DNA of 64,000 nt from an uncultured Candidatus Saccharibacteria bacterium (GCA_964411375.1 CAYPKR010000001.1:168227-232226); one strand, 5' to 3'. Numbered from the stretch's first letter, positions 1-9,492 are shown. The notes: generated from the sequence alone by a model not told the origin. A program made the numbers and translations.

Positions 1-890
1 TTGCAAAAGATTTTGAGAGTGAAGAAACAAAAAATATACTTTCCGCGATGCAGGATGGAGATATCGTCCTCTTTGAAAATGTTCGGAAAGATCCGAAGGA
101 AATGGAAAATGATCCTGCATTTGGGGCGATGCTCGCAGGTCTTGGTGATTTGTATGTAAACGATGCATTTGCCGATTCACACCGAAAACATGCATCCATT
201 GTCGGTATCCCCTCCCACATTCCTGGTTTCCTCGGTCTTCTCTTTGCGAGCGAAGTTGAACATCTTTCAAAAGCACTTGCGCCTGAACATCCATCGCTTT
301 TTATTCTCGGCGGTGCAAAATTTGAAACCAAGCGACCACTGATTGAAAAATGTCTCGCGCTTTACGATCACGTGTTTGTGGGCGGCGCAATCGCAAACGA
401 CTTTTTCAAAGCAATGGGATATGAAGTAGGAAGATCCTTAATTTCCGATAACAGTACGGGTGTCTTCGATCTTCTTCGCGGTCACGACAATTTGATGCTT
501 CCCGCTGATGTAACCGTTCAAAATCAAGAAAAAATAAATCGTGTCTCAACTCCTGAAACCGTTGCGCGCGATGAATCAATTCTCGATGCCGGACCAGCAT
601 CAATTGAAGCATTGAAACCACACATCGAGTCGGCAAAATTTATTCTCTGGAATGGCCCACTCGGAAATTACGAAGCAGGATTTAATACGTACACTGAAGA
701 ATTAGCAAAACTCATTGCGGATTCAAGCGCAGTTTCGATTGTTGGAGGAGGCGACACGGTCGCAGCAATTGCAAAACTTAATCTCGACGATAAATTTACA
801 TTTCTTTCAACAGGAGGTGGCGCTATGCTCGATTTCCTTGCAGAAGGAACAATTGCAGGAATTGAAGCCATTCTTACTGGGGCGAAGTAA
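1..890 (+). CDS. pgk: phosphoglycerate kinase, 5'-truncated at the window edge (C-terminal ~295 aa present)
   Basis: The ORF is open from position 3 with no upstream stop. The translation has PGK C-domain motifs (GGGDT..., GGGAMLDFLAEG). Confidence 0.85.
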   Translation, partial: AKDFESEETKNILSAMQDGDIVLFENVRKDPKEMENDPAFGAMLAGLGDLYVNDAFADSHRKHASIVGIPSHIPGFLGLLFASEVEHLSKALAPEHPSLFILGGAKFETKRPLIEKCLALYDHVFVGGAIANDFFKAMGYEVGRSLISDNSTGVFDLLRGHDNLMLPADVTVQNQEKINRVSTPETVARDESILDAGPASIEALKPHIESAKFILWNGPLGNYEAGFNTYTEELAKLIADSSAVSIVGGGDTVAAIAKLNLDDKFTFLSTGGGAMLDFLAEGTIAGIEAILTGAK

Positions 891-1299
891 GTGATTGTCG
901 GATTTTTTCCGCAACCACTCTCATTTGACCGTCTGGATATGGCGCGCCGTGCCATACTTCACGGCCATCGCCCTTGAATCGGGGAATGATGTGTACATGG
1001 ACATGCGGAACAACTTGTCCGGCGGCACTGCCATTATTCATCATGATATTGATTCCGTCCGCACTCAAAGCGGCTTTTATTTTTGGTGCGAGCATACGAA
1101 CTGTCTCCATCACTGCACTCCAGCTTTCTTTTGGGGCTTCAAAAATAGTTTCGTATTGCAGTTTAGGAACCACAAGCACGTGTCCCGAATTGACCGGTGT
1201 TATATCAAGAAACGCAAACGTGTCTTGATCTTCATAAATTTTTTCGGACGGAATTTCGCCGCGGATAATTTTGGTGAAAATAGATGATTCAATTTCCAT
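874..1299 (-). CDS. HIT-family (histidine triad) hydrolase
   Basis: 141 aa with the HVHVHIIPR histidine-triad motif (HxHxHxx). Confidence 0.85.
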   Translation of the reverse strand: MEIESSIFTKIIRGEIPSEKIYEDQDTFAFLDITPVNSGHVLVVPKLQYETIFEAPKESWSAVMETVRMLAPKIKAALSADGINIMMNNGSAAGQVVPHVHVHIIPRFKGDGREVWHGAPYPDGQMRVVAEKIRQSLTSPQ

Positions 1300-1326
1300 A
1301 AAAACAGTATGCCATAAAATGGCATG

Positions 1327-1349
1327 CCCACGCGCGAAGAGCGCGTGGG
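1327..1349 (-). terminator. intrinsic terminator hairpin downstream of the 1350-1565 gene
   Basis: cccacgcgcg-aaga-gcgcgtggg, a perfect 9-bp GC stem, followed on the minus strand by a T-run. Confidence 0.45.
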
Positions 1350-1565
1350 CTAATCTTTTACAATAGTGAGATCTTTTCGGCGGATCTGTTCAATTATAGT
1401 TCGTACCCGAGGAATTAATTCGTTGGGTACTTGCACTCTGATTTCGTCGAGAAACACAATTTGTTCGAGTTCGGGAACCTTTCCCAGCCTATCCTGGATG
1501 CGCAACTTGAGTTTAATTATCTCGGCTTTATTTAGCGTAAAGAACACGCATGCTTGTTCGCTCAT
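1350..1565 (-). CDS. hypothetical small protein (71 aa from the internal ATG)
   Basis: The ORF 1350..1640 has an internal ATG at 1565 preceded by a strong SD (AGGAGGAGGAAG). No recognisable domain. Confidence 0.4.
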   Translation of the reverse strand: MSEQACVFFTLNKAEIIKLKLRIQDRLGKVPELEQIVFLDEIRVQVPNELIPRVRTIIEQIRRKDLTIVKD

Positions 1566-1816
1566 CGCTTCCTCCTCCTGAGCTTCCGAAGAAGGGTAAC
1601 ATAGCGGTAAAAAATGGAAAGTCGGCGGCTCAAAGAGCACGCCGACCCATAGTCAGGAATTTCGAGCCAGGAGGTATCTGAGTCTTTCCAGGAACTGTAT
1701 TTGTTCCTTGGCAATCTTCTCTTCTCGATGTGTCATCACGCTCTCCTAAAGCTACCCGAGATTATAACTATTCGCCTTCATTCGCAAGTTTCAGACCAAA
1801 CCGCTACAATAACCCG

Positions 1817-3487
1817 ATGTCCGCCCCTGCATTTTCCGAATACGACCCACTACTTCAAACACTCCTTACGAACAGGGGAATCAAAACCGCAGAAGATGCA
1901 GAAAATTTCTTACATCCCGACTACGAACGCCATACACACGATCCATATCTTCTCGCTGATATGGAAAAGGCGGTCGATCGCATCAAGTTTGCAGTCGCAA
2001 ACGATGAACATATAGTCATTTGGAGCGATTACGATACCGATGGCATTCCAGGCGCGGTCATTCTCCATGATTTCTTCAAAAAAATTGGCTATACCAATTT
2101 TGAAAACTATATTCCGCATCGCACCCTCGAAGGATTTGGGTTAAATATCGAAGGAATAAACGACATTGGATCACGTGACACCAAACTCATGATCACCATC
2201 GATTGTGGCATTACTGATTCTGTACAGGTTGCTCGTGCAAATGAACTTGGTATCGATGTCATCATTACCGATCATCATTTGCCAAATGGCGAAATGCCAA
2301 ACGCATTTGCAATTTTGAATCCAAAACGCTCCGACTGTGCGTATCCAGAAAAAATGCTCTGTGGATCAGGCGTGATCTACAAACTTGTCCAGGCACTCGC
2401 AAAAAATCCAGAATGGAAACTCGTCGATGGATATGAAAAATGGCTCCTCGACATGGCGGGAATTGCGACACTCTCGGACATGGTGCCGCTTCGGGGAGAG
2501 AATCGGGTCTTCGCGCGCTACGGACTCACGGTACTTCGAAAGTCGCGACGCGTTGGACTTCAAAAGTTACTTCGCAAATTAAAAATCGATCAGCGCACCA
2601 TTACTGAAGACGATATCGGTTTTATGATTGCGCCTCGCATCAACGCGGCATCTCGTATGGGCGTTCCGCACGACGCATTTCGATTACTTGCGACTGATGA
2701 CGCCGCTGAAGCCGATACGCTTGCAAAACACCTTGATTCGATCAATAACGAACGCAAGGGACATGTTGCTGCGATGGTTAAAGAAGCAAAACATCGAATT
2801 GATTCGCTCGAAGAATTGAAGCCAGTCATTGTACTCGGCTCGATTGATTGGAAGCCGTCGCTACTTGGGCTTGTTGCAAATACGCTCGTTGAAAGTTACG
2901 GACGCCCTGCATTTGTGTGGGGGAGAGCAGAAGGAAGTGTGATCAAGGGCTCATGTCGATCCGACGGATCAGTCAACTTAGTCACCATGATGGAACACAT
3001 ACGGGATACGTTTATCGATCTCGGCGGCCATGCATTTTCTGGCGGTTTTTCAATAACTAGCGAAAAATTACACCATCTCGAAGAGGGGCTCGTTGCCGCG
3101 TACAGAGTTGCTAAAGATCAAGAAGGAACCATTCCCACGAACACTCCTGATGCTGAAATTGAGCTTGCGGACGTGAGTGACAAAACATACCGAATGCTCG
3201 ATCAGCTCGCACCGTTTGGGGAGGGAAATCCAAAGCCGCTTTTTGCGTTCCGTGGGGTGCGGCTTGCTGCGGTTAAGCAATTTGGTAAAGAGCAAAATCA
3301 TCTCGAACTTCAACTGACCGATGAATGGGGAAATAGTCGGAAAAAGGCTGTCGCCTTTTTCCGACAGAGCGATTCCTATGCAAAGCCCCTCCTTGAGGGG
3401 ACGACTGCTGACATTCTCGCTACCATCGAGCGTTCCACTTTTGGAGGGAAGACCGAAATCCGCCTCCGTCTCGTTGACGTTCTGTGA
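1817..3487 (+). CDS. recJ: single-stranded-DNA-specific exonuclease RecJ
   Basis: DHH-family motifs (DYDTDG, ITDHH) and a DHHA1-like C-terminal region. The start was moved to MSAPAF...; the upstream part of the annotated ORF is probably leader. Confidence 0.85.
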   Translation: MSAPAFSEYDPLLQTLLTNRGIKTAEDAENFLHPDYERHTHDPYLLADMEKAVDRIKFAVANDEHIVIWSDYDTDGIPGAVILHDFFKKIGYTNFENYIPHRTLEGFGLNIEGINDIGSRDTKLMITIDCGITDSVQVARANELGIDVIITDHHLPNGEMPNAFAILNPKRSDCAYPEKMLCGSGVIYKLVQALAKNPEWKLVDGYEKWLLDMAGIATLSDMVPLRGENRVFARYGLTVLRKSRRVGLQKLLRKLKIDQRTITEDDIGFMIAPRINAASRMGVPHDAFRLLATDDAAEADTLAKHLDSINNERKGHVAAMVKEAKHRIDSLEELKPVIVLGSIDWKPSLLGLVANTLVESYGRPAFVWGRAEGSVIKGSCRSDGSVNLVTMMEHIRDTFIDLGGHAFSGGFSITSEKLHHLEEGLVAAYRVAKDQEGTIPTNTPDAEIELADVSDKTYRMLDQLAPFGEGNPKPLFAFRGVRLAAVKQFGKEQNHLELQLTDEWGNSRKKAVAFFRQSDSYAKPLLEGTTADILATIERSTFGGKTEIRLRLVDVL

Positions 3488-3586
3488 AATAAATAATGAA
3501 GTCTTCTGTAAGAATGGATAGAGTAGCCCGTCACGGCTACTAGCACAAGCAAGTGCTCCCATTCACACCCTCAAACGGAGGCTCCA

Positions 3587-3976
3587 ATGCGAGAATTGCT
3601 CGGTAATGTTCTTTCCTTCCTCCGCAAAGCAGTTAGTTTTTTGAGGAGTTTGACCCCGGAAGATCCCACGGACTTTGTTATCAAGATTACATCTGATAGC
3701 GCGCCAGTAGTGTCTTTCGACGCCAAACCAATGCCAAACCTTTCGGAGCGGCTTGCACGACCCAATAGACTGCACCGGGCTATTTCACTCTGCACATTAG
3801 GCGGTGAGAGAATTCTCTTCTTGCCGAAACATACGATAGGATACCTGTTACTCGGGTTCCCAATCAATGCACACGTGTACGATCCGAAAATCGGACGGAA
3901 ATATCGGTACCCAGTTATTGCCCATATTCCTGACCCGAATTTAGGTGCAACTTCTGCAATGCTCCTCGCCGCATAG
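3587..3976 (+). CDS. hypothetical protein
   Basis: 129 aa. A GGAGG SD sits 5 nt upstream. A GC-rich hairpin followed by TTTT (about 3981-4016) lies downstream. No recognisable domain. Confidence 0.45.
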   Translation: MRELLGNVLSFLRKAVSFLRSLTPEDPTDFVIKITSDSAPVVSFDAKPMPNLSERLARPNRLHRAISLCTLGGERILFLPKHTIGYLLLGFPINAHVYDPKIGRKYRYPVIAHIPDPNLGATSAMLLAA

Positions 3977-4038
3977 GCGAACCCAGTCGCGCGCGTTGTC
4001 TTCGGACGACCCGCGCGGCTTTTGCTATACTCGATCTT

Positions 4039-4464
4039 ATGAATGAATCAATTATGGTGTTTACCGACGGAGGAGCAAGAGGAAATCCGGGTCCGTCCGG
4101 CATCGGCATCTCAATCGTTGATCAAACAGGGAAGCCAATCAAAGAATTTTCAAAATATATCGGCGAGCAGACCAACAACTTTGCCGAATACGAAGCAGTC
4201 GCGCTTGCACTTGAGGCGATCAAGAAAATGTATGGAACGAAAACAAAATCCATTCACGTTCATATAAAACTCGACAGCGAACTCATCAAAAAACAAATCA
4301 CCAATGAGTATCAGATAAAAGAAGAAACGCTCTTCCCGCAATACATCAAAGTCCACAATCTGCTCGTCTCATCATTTCCAAATATTACATTCACCCACAT
4401 CCCGCGCGCCGAAAATAAACGCGCCGACGAACTCGCCAACGAAGCGATGGATAGGAAGGGGTAA
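4039..4464 (+). CDS. rnhA: ribonuclease HI
   Basis: DGGARGNPG...AEYEA...ADELAN catalytic DEDD pattern of RNase H. Confidence 0.85.
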   Translation: MNESIMVFTDGGARGNPGPSGIGISIVDQTGKPIKEFSKYIGEQTNNFAEYEAVALALEAIKKMYGTKTKSIHVHIKLDSELIKKQITNEYQIKEETLFPQYIKVHNLLVSSFPNITFTHIPRAENKRADELANEAMDRKG

Positions 4465-4504
4465 TTCTTCGTTTCGCAATTAGCGACAGCGGTATACTTC
4501 TCGC

Positions 4505-5980
4505 ATGAGGCACTCTTGGGTGTATCTCCTTTTTCTTGGATTCGGACTCGGCATTTTTGTCGCATCAATCGAGCATGTTGGACTATGGCTTGCCATTTTC
4601 CTACTCACATTCGCGTTTGTACTTCTTATCTTCGGGACTCTCACCAATCGGAAGCGGGTACTCGCACTTTCAATCACATTCTTCGCATTTGTGTTTGGTA
4701 TTCTCCGAATCAATCTCTTTGAATCGAATCTACCGATCGACTCCGTCACCCCACTTTTTGGCGAAACGGTTTCAGTTGACGGCATTGTCATCCACGACCC
4801 TGATGAACGCGAAGCAACTACTAAGCTCACAATTGCGGTTTCAAAAATCAACGGGCAGTCCGCTTCATTTCGCCTACTTGCGACTGTTCCACGGTATCCA
4901 GAATTCAAATACGGCGATCGCCTGCATCTCGAAGGGAAACTTGATGAACCAAAATCTTTTTCAGAGGATGGCGTTCACATTTTTAATTATCCGAAATGGC
5001 TCGCAAAAGACGGCGTTGTCGCGCTTGCGAGTCATCCAAAAATTTCACCGATCGAATCGGGGCAGGGGAATACGGTTCTTCAGAATTTATATCGTCTTAA
5101 AGATTCCTTTCTTGAAAAAATTCATCGACTGATTGCCGAACCAGAGAGCGGACTGCTTGCGGGACTGTTGGTCGGATCAAAACAAGCGCTCGGAGCGGAC
5201 CTTCAAGAAATATTTCGTCGTGCTGGAGTTGTACATGTTGTGGTTCTCTCCGGCTATAACATCACGATTGTTGGAGCGGCGTTCATGCGCATCTTTGCTT
5301 TTTTGCCGAAGCTCCTTGGTACTTCTCTCGGTGCTGCCGGCATGGTCCTCTTCGTGCTCATGGTTGGCGCTTCGGCAACCGCGGTTCGTGCAACCGTGAT
5401 GGCGCTTCTCGTTTTGCTCGCACAGGTGACGGGAAGAAGTTCCAACGCGCTCCGCATTCTCTTAATCGCCGCATTTTTCATGGTGCTTCAAAATCCGTAC
5501 ATTCTTGCGTTTGACCCATCATTCGAGCTTTCATTCCTCGCAACACTCGGGCTCATTCTCTATTCGCCATACTTCGAACGGAAACTAGTATTTGTTCCAG
5601 AAAAATTCGGACTTCGATCAATTGCCGCTTCAACGATCTCGACTCAAATAATGGTTTTGCCACTCTTGTTCTGGATGAACGGATTATTTTCGATCGTTGC
5701 GCTTCCGGTAAATCTCCTCATTCTCGGATTCATTCCGTTTGCGATGCTCATCGGATTCATAGCCGGAATGCTTGGATTTATTTCCTGGTGGATTGCATTT
5801 CCATTTGCATTCATTACCGAAATTATTTTGCGCTACGAGCTATGGATCATTACTTTTTTTGCTAATCTTCCATTTGCGGCGATCTCTATTCCTGCATTCC
5901 CATTTTGGATCGCGGTGATTTGGTACGGAGCATATGCATTTCTATTTTGGAAACGAAAACATAAAGAAGCCCGCGCATAG
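4505..5980 (+). CDS. comEC: ComEC/Rec2 competence membrane channel, without the C-terminal beta-lactamase domain
   Basis: Polytopic membrane protein with an N-terminal DUF4131-like region and the Competence-domain motif VVHVVVLSGYNI. It ends before any metallo-beta-lactamase (MBL) domain. Confidence 0.75.
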   Translation: MRHSWVYLLFLGFGLGIFVASIEHVGLWLAIFLLTFAFVLLIFGTLTNRKRVLALSITFFAFVFGILRINLFESNLPIDSVTPLFGETVSVDGIVIHDPDEREATTKLTIAVSKINGQSASFRLLATVPRYPEFKYGDRLHLEGKLDEPKSFSEDGVHIFNYPKWLAKDGVVALASHPKISPIESGQGNTVLQNLYRLKDSFLEKIHRLIAEPESGLLAGLLVGSKQALGADLQEIFRRAGVVHVVVLSGYNITIVGAAFMRIFAFLPKLLGTSLGAAGMVLFVLMVGASATAVRATVMALLVLLAQVTGRSSNALRILLIAAFFMVLQNPYILAFDPSFELSFLATLGLILYSPYFERKLVFVPEKFGLRSIAASTISTQIMVLPLLFWMNGLFSIVALPVNLLILGFIPFAMLIGFIAGMLGFISWWIAFPFAFITEIILRYELWIITFFANLPFAAISIPAFPFWIAVIWYGAYAFLFWKRKHKEARA

Positions 5981-5990
5981 CGCGGGCTTC
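5966..5990. terminator. bidirectional intrinsic terminator between comEC and sodA
   Basis: gaagcccgcgc-atag-cgcgggcttc with T-runs on both flanks. The comEC stop codon lies in the loop. Confidence 0.6.
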
Positions 5991-6002
5991 TTTATTCGTT
6001 AG

Positions 6003-6590
6003 TTATGCGACTTTTTCAAATCGCTTAGAGATTGTTTCCCAGTTGAGTGCCGCAAGATACGCATCAACATATTTCATTTTGTCGCCCGGCACATAATCAA
6101 CCATGTATGCGTGCTCCCATAAGTCGAGCGCCACAACCACGGGAAGTGTCGCCATTTGTCCTTCGTCGTGGTTGGTTACCCAGTTGAAATGAAAGCGCTT
6201 TCCGACCGGATCATAGTTTAAAATCGCCCAGCCAGATCCTCGTGAAATTACTTTCTTAAAGAGCGAAGCAAAATTTTCAGGACTCTGAAATTCTTTCATC
6301 ATTGCGTCCCTCAATACTCCTTCGGGAAGTGGTTTCGCACCACCTTCAAGATCGCCAAAATAATATTCGTGAAGTCGCATGCCGTTAAACTCAAATCCGA
6401 GTCGGCGACGAAGTTCCTGCGTGATGTGTGCATTTTTTTCGGCATCTACACCAAGCTCTGCGCATTCAGCATAAATCAAATTTACGTGCTTTACGTAGCC
6501 CTGGTACAGCTTCAAATGTTCCTCAATTTGTTTTGAAGAAATTCCTGGAATTTCAGGAATTGAAAATGTTTTTGCAGTGTAGGTATCCAT
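6003..6590 (-). CDS. sodA: Fe/Mn superoxide dismutase
   Basis: DLWEHAYM motif (DVWEHAYY family) and an N-terminal His-containing helix region. The start was moved to MDTYTAK..., giving 196 aa. Confidence 0.85.
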   Translation of the reverse strand: MDTYTAKTFSIPEIPGISSKQIEEHLKLYQGYVKHVNLIYAECAELGVDAEKNAHITQELRRRLGFEFNGMRLHEYYFGDLEGGAKPLPEGVLRDAMMKEFQSPENFASLFKKVISRGSGWAILNYDPVGKRFHFNWVTNHDEGQMATLPVVVALDLWEHAYMVDYVPGDKMKYVDAYLAALNWETISKRFEKVA

Positions 6591-6671
6591 ATTGTTCAAA
6601 TTACTTATCCAAGTATTTATTATTTGGCAATTATACCATCTTGAAAATAAAGCAAGGATGAAAAGAAAACT

Positions 6672-6691
6672 GCCGGGTCCGAAGACCCGGC
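6672..6691 (-). terminator. hairpin with a T-run on the minus strand
   Basis: gccgggtc-cgaa-gacccggc, with TTTTCTTTT following on the minus strand. It could end a minus-strand transcript from the 6800-7030 region. Confidence 0.3.
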
Positions 6692-6861
6692 AAATCGAGG
6701 GAGGCATCATAAGAGTGTCGTCCAACACCCTCAGTCGAGGTAGCGGTCGCTGAGACCGGCATCAACAAGCAACCGCTTCTTCTCTTGTAACAAGCGAGTC
6801 ATGTCGTGTCAATATCCACACCTTCGGCAAGAAAGAGTAAAGCCCGTGCTAGCATCAAGTT

Positions 6862-7056
6862 ATGAAGACGTTTTTGTTTTTCGGAACAATCATACTCATT
6901 ATTGCCGGTGCATTTTGGTACCTTAATCGCACGCCATGTACGGGAGATTGTGCGACCGATCATGAAAAATATTGTTTGAGCCTCCGAACGCACAACGGCG
7001 ATTATGAATACTCTTATGGTGAGCGGGTTCAAATGATGCTCAAAGGTTGCTTATAG
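6862..7056 (+). CDS. hypothetical small membrane-anchored Cys-rich protein (64 aa)
   Basis: One predicted TM helix followed by four cysteines. No SD recognised. It overlaps a minus-strand ORF of similar size. Confidence 0.3.
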   Translation: MKTFLFFGTIILIIAGAFWYLNRTPCTGDCATDHEKYCLSLRTHNGDYEYSYGERVQMMLKGCL

Positions 7057-7065
7057 AAAAACACT

Positions 7066-7173
7066 TCTCTAAATTCCATCTGCTTTGTTGCGGGCTCCAG
7101 TCCTCGTTCATCGTATTATTCATACGACTCACTTCGGGCTTCGCCCGCGCCGCGCACCTGAAGTATTTTTACT
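7066..7173 (+). repeat. structured intergenic element, copy A (paired with copy B at 31796-31910)
   Basis: About 110 nt with shared blocks (CCATCTGCTTTGTTGC, CTCCAGTCCTC, TCGTATT..TCATACG, TTCGG.CTTCG, CTGAA). The GCGGGC/GCCCGC stem here corresponds to GCAGAC/GTCTGC in copy B. Confidence 0.55.
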
Positions 7174-7185
7174 ACATTCTCCCGT

Positions 7186-8043
7186 ATGAAGCGCGAAATA
7201 ATATTTAGGTTAATTGTTCTTGGAATCTTTCTCGGGATTACTATTCTCATTTGGTACCTCACCACTCTTGGAAGTGGTCGCGGATTTTTAACCGTCGCAT
7301 TTCTTGATGTTGGGCAAGGAGATTCCATATACATCGAAGCGCCGAATGGCAATCAATTGCTCGTTGATGGCAGCGCAGATACCAAAGTACTACAGCGCTT
7401 AGGAAACATTCTGCCGCTCGGTGATCATTCAATTGATGTTGTCGTGGGCACGCATCCAGATGCTGACCATATTGGAGGACTTCCAGATGTGTTGAAGCGT
7501 TTTGAAATCACATACGTGATGGAGCCTGGCATGCCAAATGATACTGGAGCGTGGAGGGCTTTTCTCGCTGAAGCAAATAAAAAAGGAGTAAATCATATTG
7601 TTGCGCGGCGCGGAATGGTTGTTGATCTCGGGTCAGGTACCAGATTTTCAATCTTATATCCCGATACAAAAATTGTCGGGGGAGATACCAATCTCTCATC
7701 AATCGTTGGCAGACTTTCGTACGGCACCGTGAGCGTTATGCTTACCGGCGATGCGCCACAAAGTGTCGAAGTACATCTAATCAAATTAGATGGAGAGAAT
7801 TTACAAAGCACTATTTTGAAAGCGGGACATCATGGATCAAAAACATCAAGCGCGCCACAATTTTTGGATGTAGTGCATCCAATGTATGCAATTATTTCCG
7901 CCGGCAAAGACAATCGATACGGACATCCGCACAAACAGACAATTGATGCGTTAAACGCAAGGAATATTCAAATATTAAGTACGATCGATCGGGGGACGAT
8001 CGTTTTTCATTCGGATGGAGACACAATGACTCTAGTCAAATAA
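7186..8043 (+). CDS. metallo-beta-lactamase-fold protein, a ComEC C-terminal-domain homolog encoded separately
   Basis: N-terminal TM helix, then LDVGQGDS...HPDADHIGG...GHHGS MBL motifs typical of the ComEC nuclease domain. Confidence 0.7.
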   Translation: MKREIIFRLIVLGIFLGITILIWYLTTLGSGRGFLTVAFLDVGQGDSIYIEAPNGNQLLVDGSADTKVLQRLGNILPLGDHSIDVVVGTHPDADHIGGLPDVLKRFEITYVMEPGMPNDTGAWRAFLAEANKKGVNHIVARRGMVVDLGSGTRFSILYPDTKIVGGDTNLSSIVGRLSYGTVSVMLTGDAPQSVEVHLIKLDGENLQSTILKAGHHGSKTSSAPQFLDVVHPMYAIISAGKDNRYGHPHKQTIDALNARNIQILSTIDRGTIVFHSDGDTMTLVK

Positions 8044-8089
8044 AATATTCTGGGGTATGTAAAAGCTCGAAACAGCAGGAGTTCCTTAG

Positions 8090-8488
8090 ATGCTCGACAG
8101 TGATGCATTGAAAGGCCGTGTTCGCACCTACCAAGAATTCAGTGTTCCCCCAGGGGTCACCCTCGGTAATGCGCGAGTCACCCAACTAACTCGTGATGTA
8201 GGACACCCCGATCAAATCGATCTCACACTCGTGTTTGACGGAGAGATGCACCGATTAGATGATGGCGGTGTAGAGGTTTTAAAACCGGCGCATAAGGAAG
8301 AGGGGTTTGTAAGTATTCGTGCATACGGCGAAGACGCCGGTCGCCTCTCTGTCTTCGCTGATTCTCGTTTACGGCAAGATGGATACGAAAATATTGGTCA
8401 AATCAGAATCGAAGTAGTCGAACGACAATTACTCGAGTACATTCGGGCAATTGGCTGGGATCAACCACCAACACCGACAAGTTCCTAA
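8090..8488 (+). CDS. hypothetical protein
   Basis: 132 aa with an AGGAG SD 8 nt upstream. No recognisable domain. Confidence 0.4.
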   Translation: MLDSDALKGRVRTYQEFSVPPGVTLGNARVTQLTRDVGHPDQIDLTLVFDGEMHRLDDGGVEVLKPAHKEEGFVSIRAYGEDAGRLSVFADSRLRQDGYENIGQIRIEVVERQLLEYIRAIGWDQPPTPTSS

Positions 8489-8528
8489 ACGCCAAAGGGC
8501 GGGTCATTGAGACTTTTTAAATGTTGAT

Positions 8529-8771
8529 TTAGATAACCCCTGCGTCTTTGAGTGCGCGGAATGGACCTTTCTTTGCAATCGTGCGAAGTCCTTTGGTTGA
8601 TACAGTGATCGTTACGTATTTCTTGAGTTCAGGGACAAAAATGCGCTTCTTTGCGAGATTTGCCTTGCGCGCAACCATTCCCGTTGGGTTGAATTGGGTA
8701 GCGCGAACACGATTGGAGTAGCGTCCCCCAACCTTGGTGCCTTTATTTGTGATTTCGCAGACTTTTGCCAT
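8529..8771 (-). CDS. rpmB: 50S ribosomal protein L28
   Basis: MAKVCEITNKGTKVG... is a canonical bL28 N-terminus. Confidence 0.85.
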   Translation of the reverse strand: MAKVCEITNKGTKVGGRYSNRVRATQFNPTGMVARKANLAKKRIFVPELKKYVTITVSTKGLRTIAKKGPFRALKDAGVI

Positions 8772-8830
8772 ATCTGTATTTGTGTCGCGTCATGCTACCA
8801 TGGCATCACTAAGCCTGCAATACACTATTT

Positions 8831-9460
8831 ATGGATCCAGTAACCCTCTTTCACTTCCTCATTCTCATTCTTTCGATCGTCATCCATGAGGTGTCTCATG
8901 GCTATGCCGCGCTTGCCCTTGGGGATCAGACCGCAAAATACCAAGGAAGACTCACCCTGAATCCCTTGAAACATATTGATCCCTTAGGTTCAGTCATCCT
9001 TCCAGCATTCCTTATTCTCTCAAATTCATCTTTCCTTTTTGGTTGGGCAAAGCCGGTTCCATACAATCCATATAATCTGAGAAATCAGCGGTGGGGCGAG
9101 GCACTCGTTGCGGCGGCGGGTCCTGGCGTCAATATACTGATTGCGCTCGCGTTCAGTCTCATAGTGCATATAGGAGTCGGTTCGCTTCCAGGGACATTCA
9201 TACTTCTTGCCCAAAACGTCATTTTGATAAACCTCCTTTTGGCAATTTTCAACCTGATTCCGATTCCTCCCTTAGATGGCTCACGTATCCTACGTTCGGT
9301 ACTTCCGTGGCGACTTGCCCAAATGTACGAAAGGCTTGAAGAGCGGCTCTTTATGTTCGGTCCGCTTGCCGGATTCATCATCGTCTTCCTTCTCCTCTCA
9401 TTTATTTGGCCCTTTTTCTACCCACTACTGACATGGTTGTTCACACTTTTGGCAGGGTAG
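8831..9460 (+). CDS. site-2 protease family (M50) zinc metalloprotease
   Basis: HEVSHG (HExxH) in a TM helix plus NLIPIPPLDG (LDG motif); polytopic. Confidence 0.8.
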   Translation: MDPVTLFHFLILILSIVIHEVSHGYAALALGDQTAKYQGRLTLNPLKHIDPLGSVILPAFLILSNSSFLFGWAKPVPYNPYNLRNQRWGEALVAAAGPGVNILIALAFSLIVHIGVGSLPGTFILLAQNVILINLLLAIFNLIPIPPLDGSRILRSVLPWRLAQMYERLEERLFMFGPLAGFIIVFLLLSFIWPFFYPLLTWLFTLLAG

Positions 9461-9464
9461 AGAC

Positions 9465-9492
9465 TTGACAAATATACAATTTACTGTATTAT
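9465..9492 (+). promoter_or_regulatory. sigma70-like promoter (TTGACA-16-TATTAT) for the 9533 small gene
   Basis: ttgaca, then aatatacaatttactg, then tattat. Confidence 0.4.

Noticed and set aside
6812-6820. DnaA-box search (TTATCCACA) prompted by the DnaA domain-IV gene. Only an imperfect ATATCCACA was seen here.
   Set aside because: A single imperfect 9-mer is not evidence of a DnaA-box cluster or an origin. A genome-wide scan is needed.
6660-6860. Possible ncRNA (SRP RNA, 6S, riboswitch) in the sodA upstream region, with hairpins gccgggtc-cgaa-gacccggc and gaggg...ccctc.
   Set aside because: No conserved SRP, RNase P or tmRNA motifs could be matched by eye. It is left as a low-confidence terminator feature only.
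6799-7032. Minus-strand 77-aa ORF overlapping the 6862-7056 small ORF.
   Set aside because: It would need a TTG start with no SD. The plus-strand ORF has an ATG and a more protein-like TM plus Cys-rich composition. Both remain uncertain.
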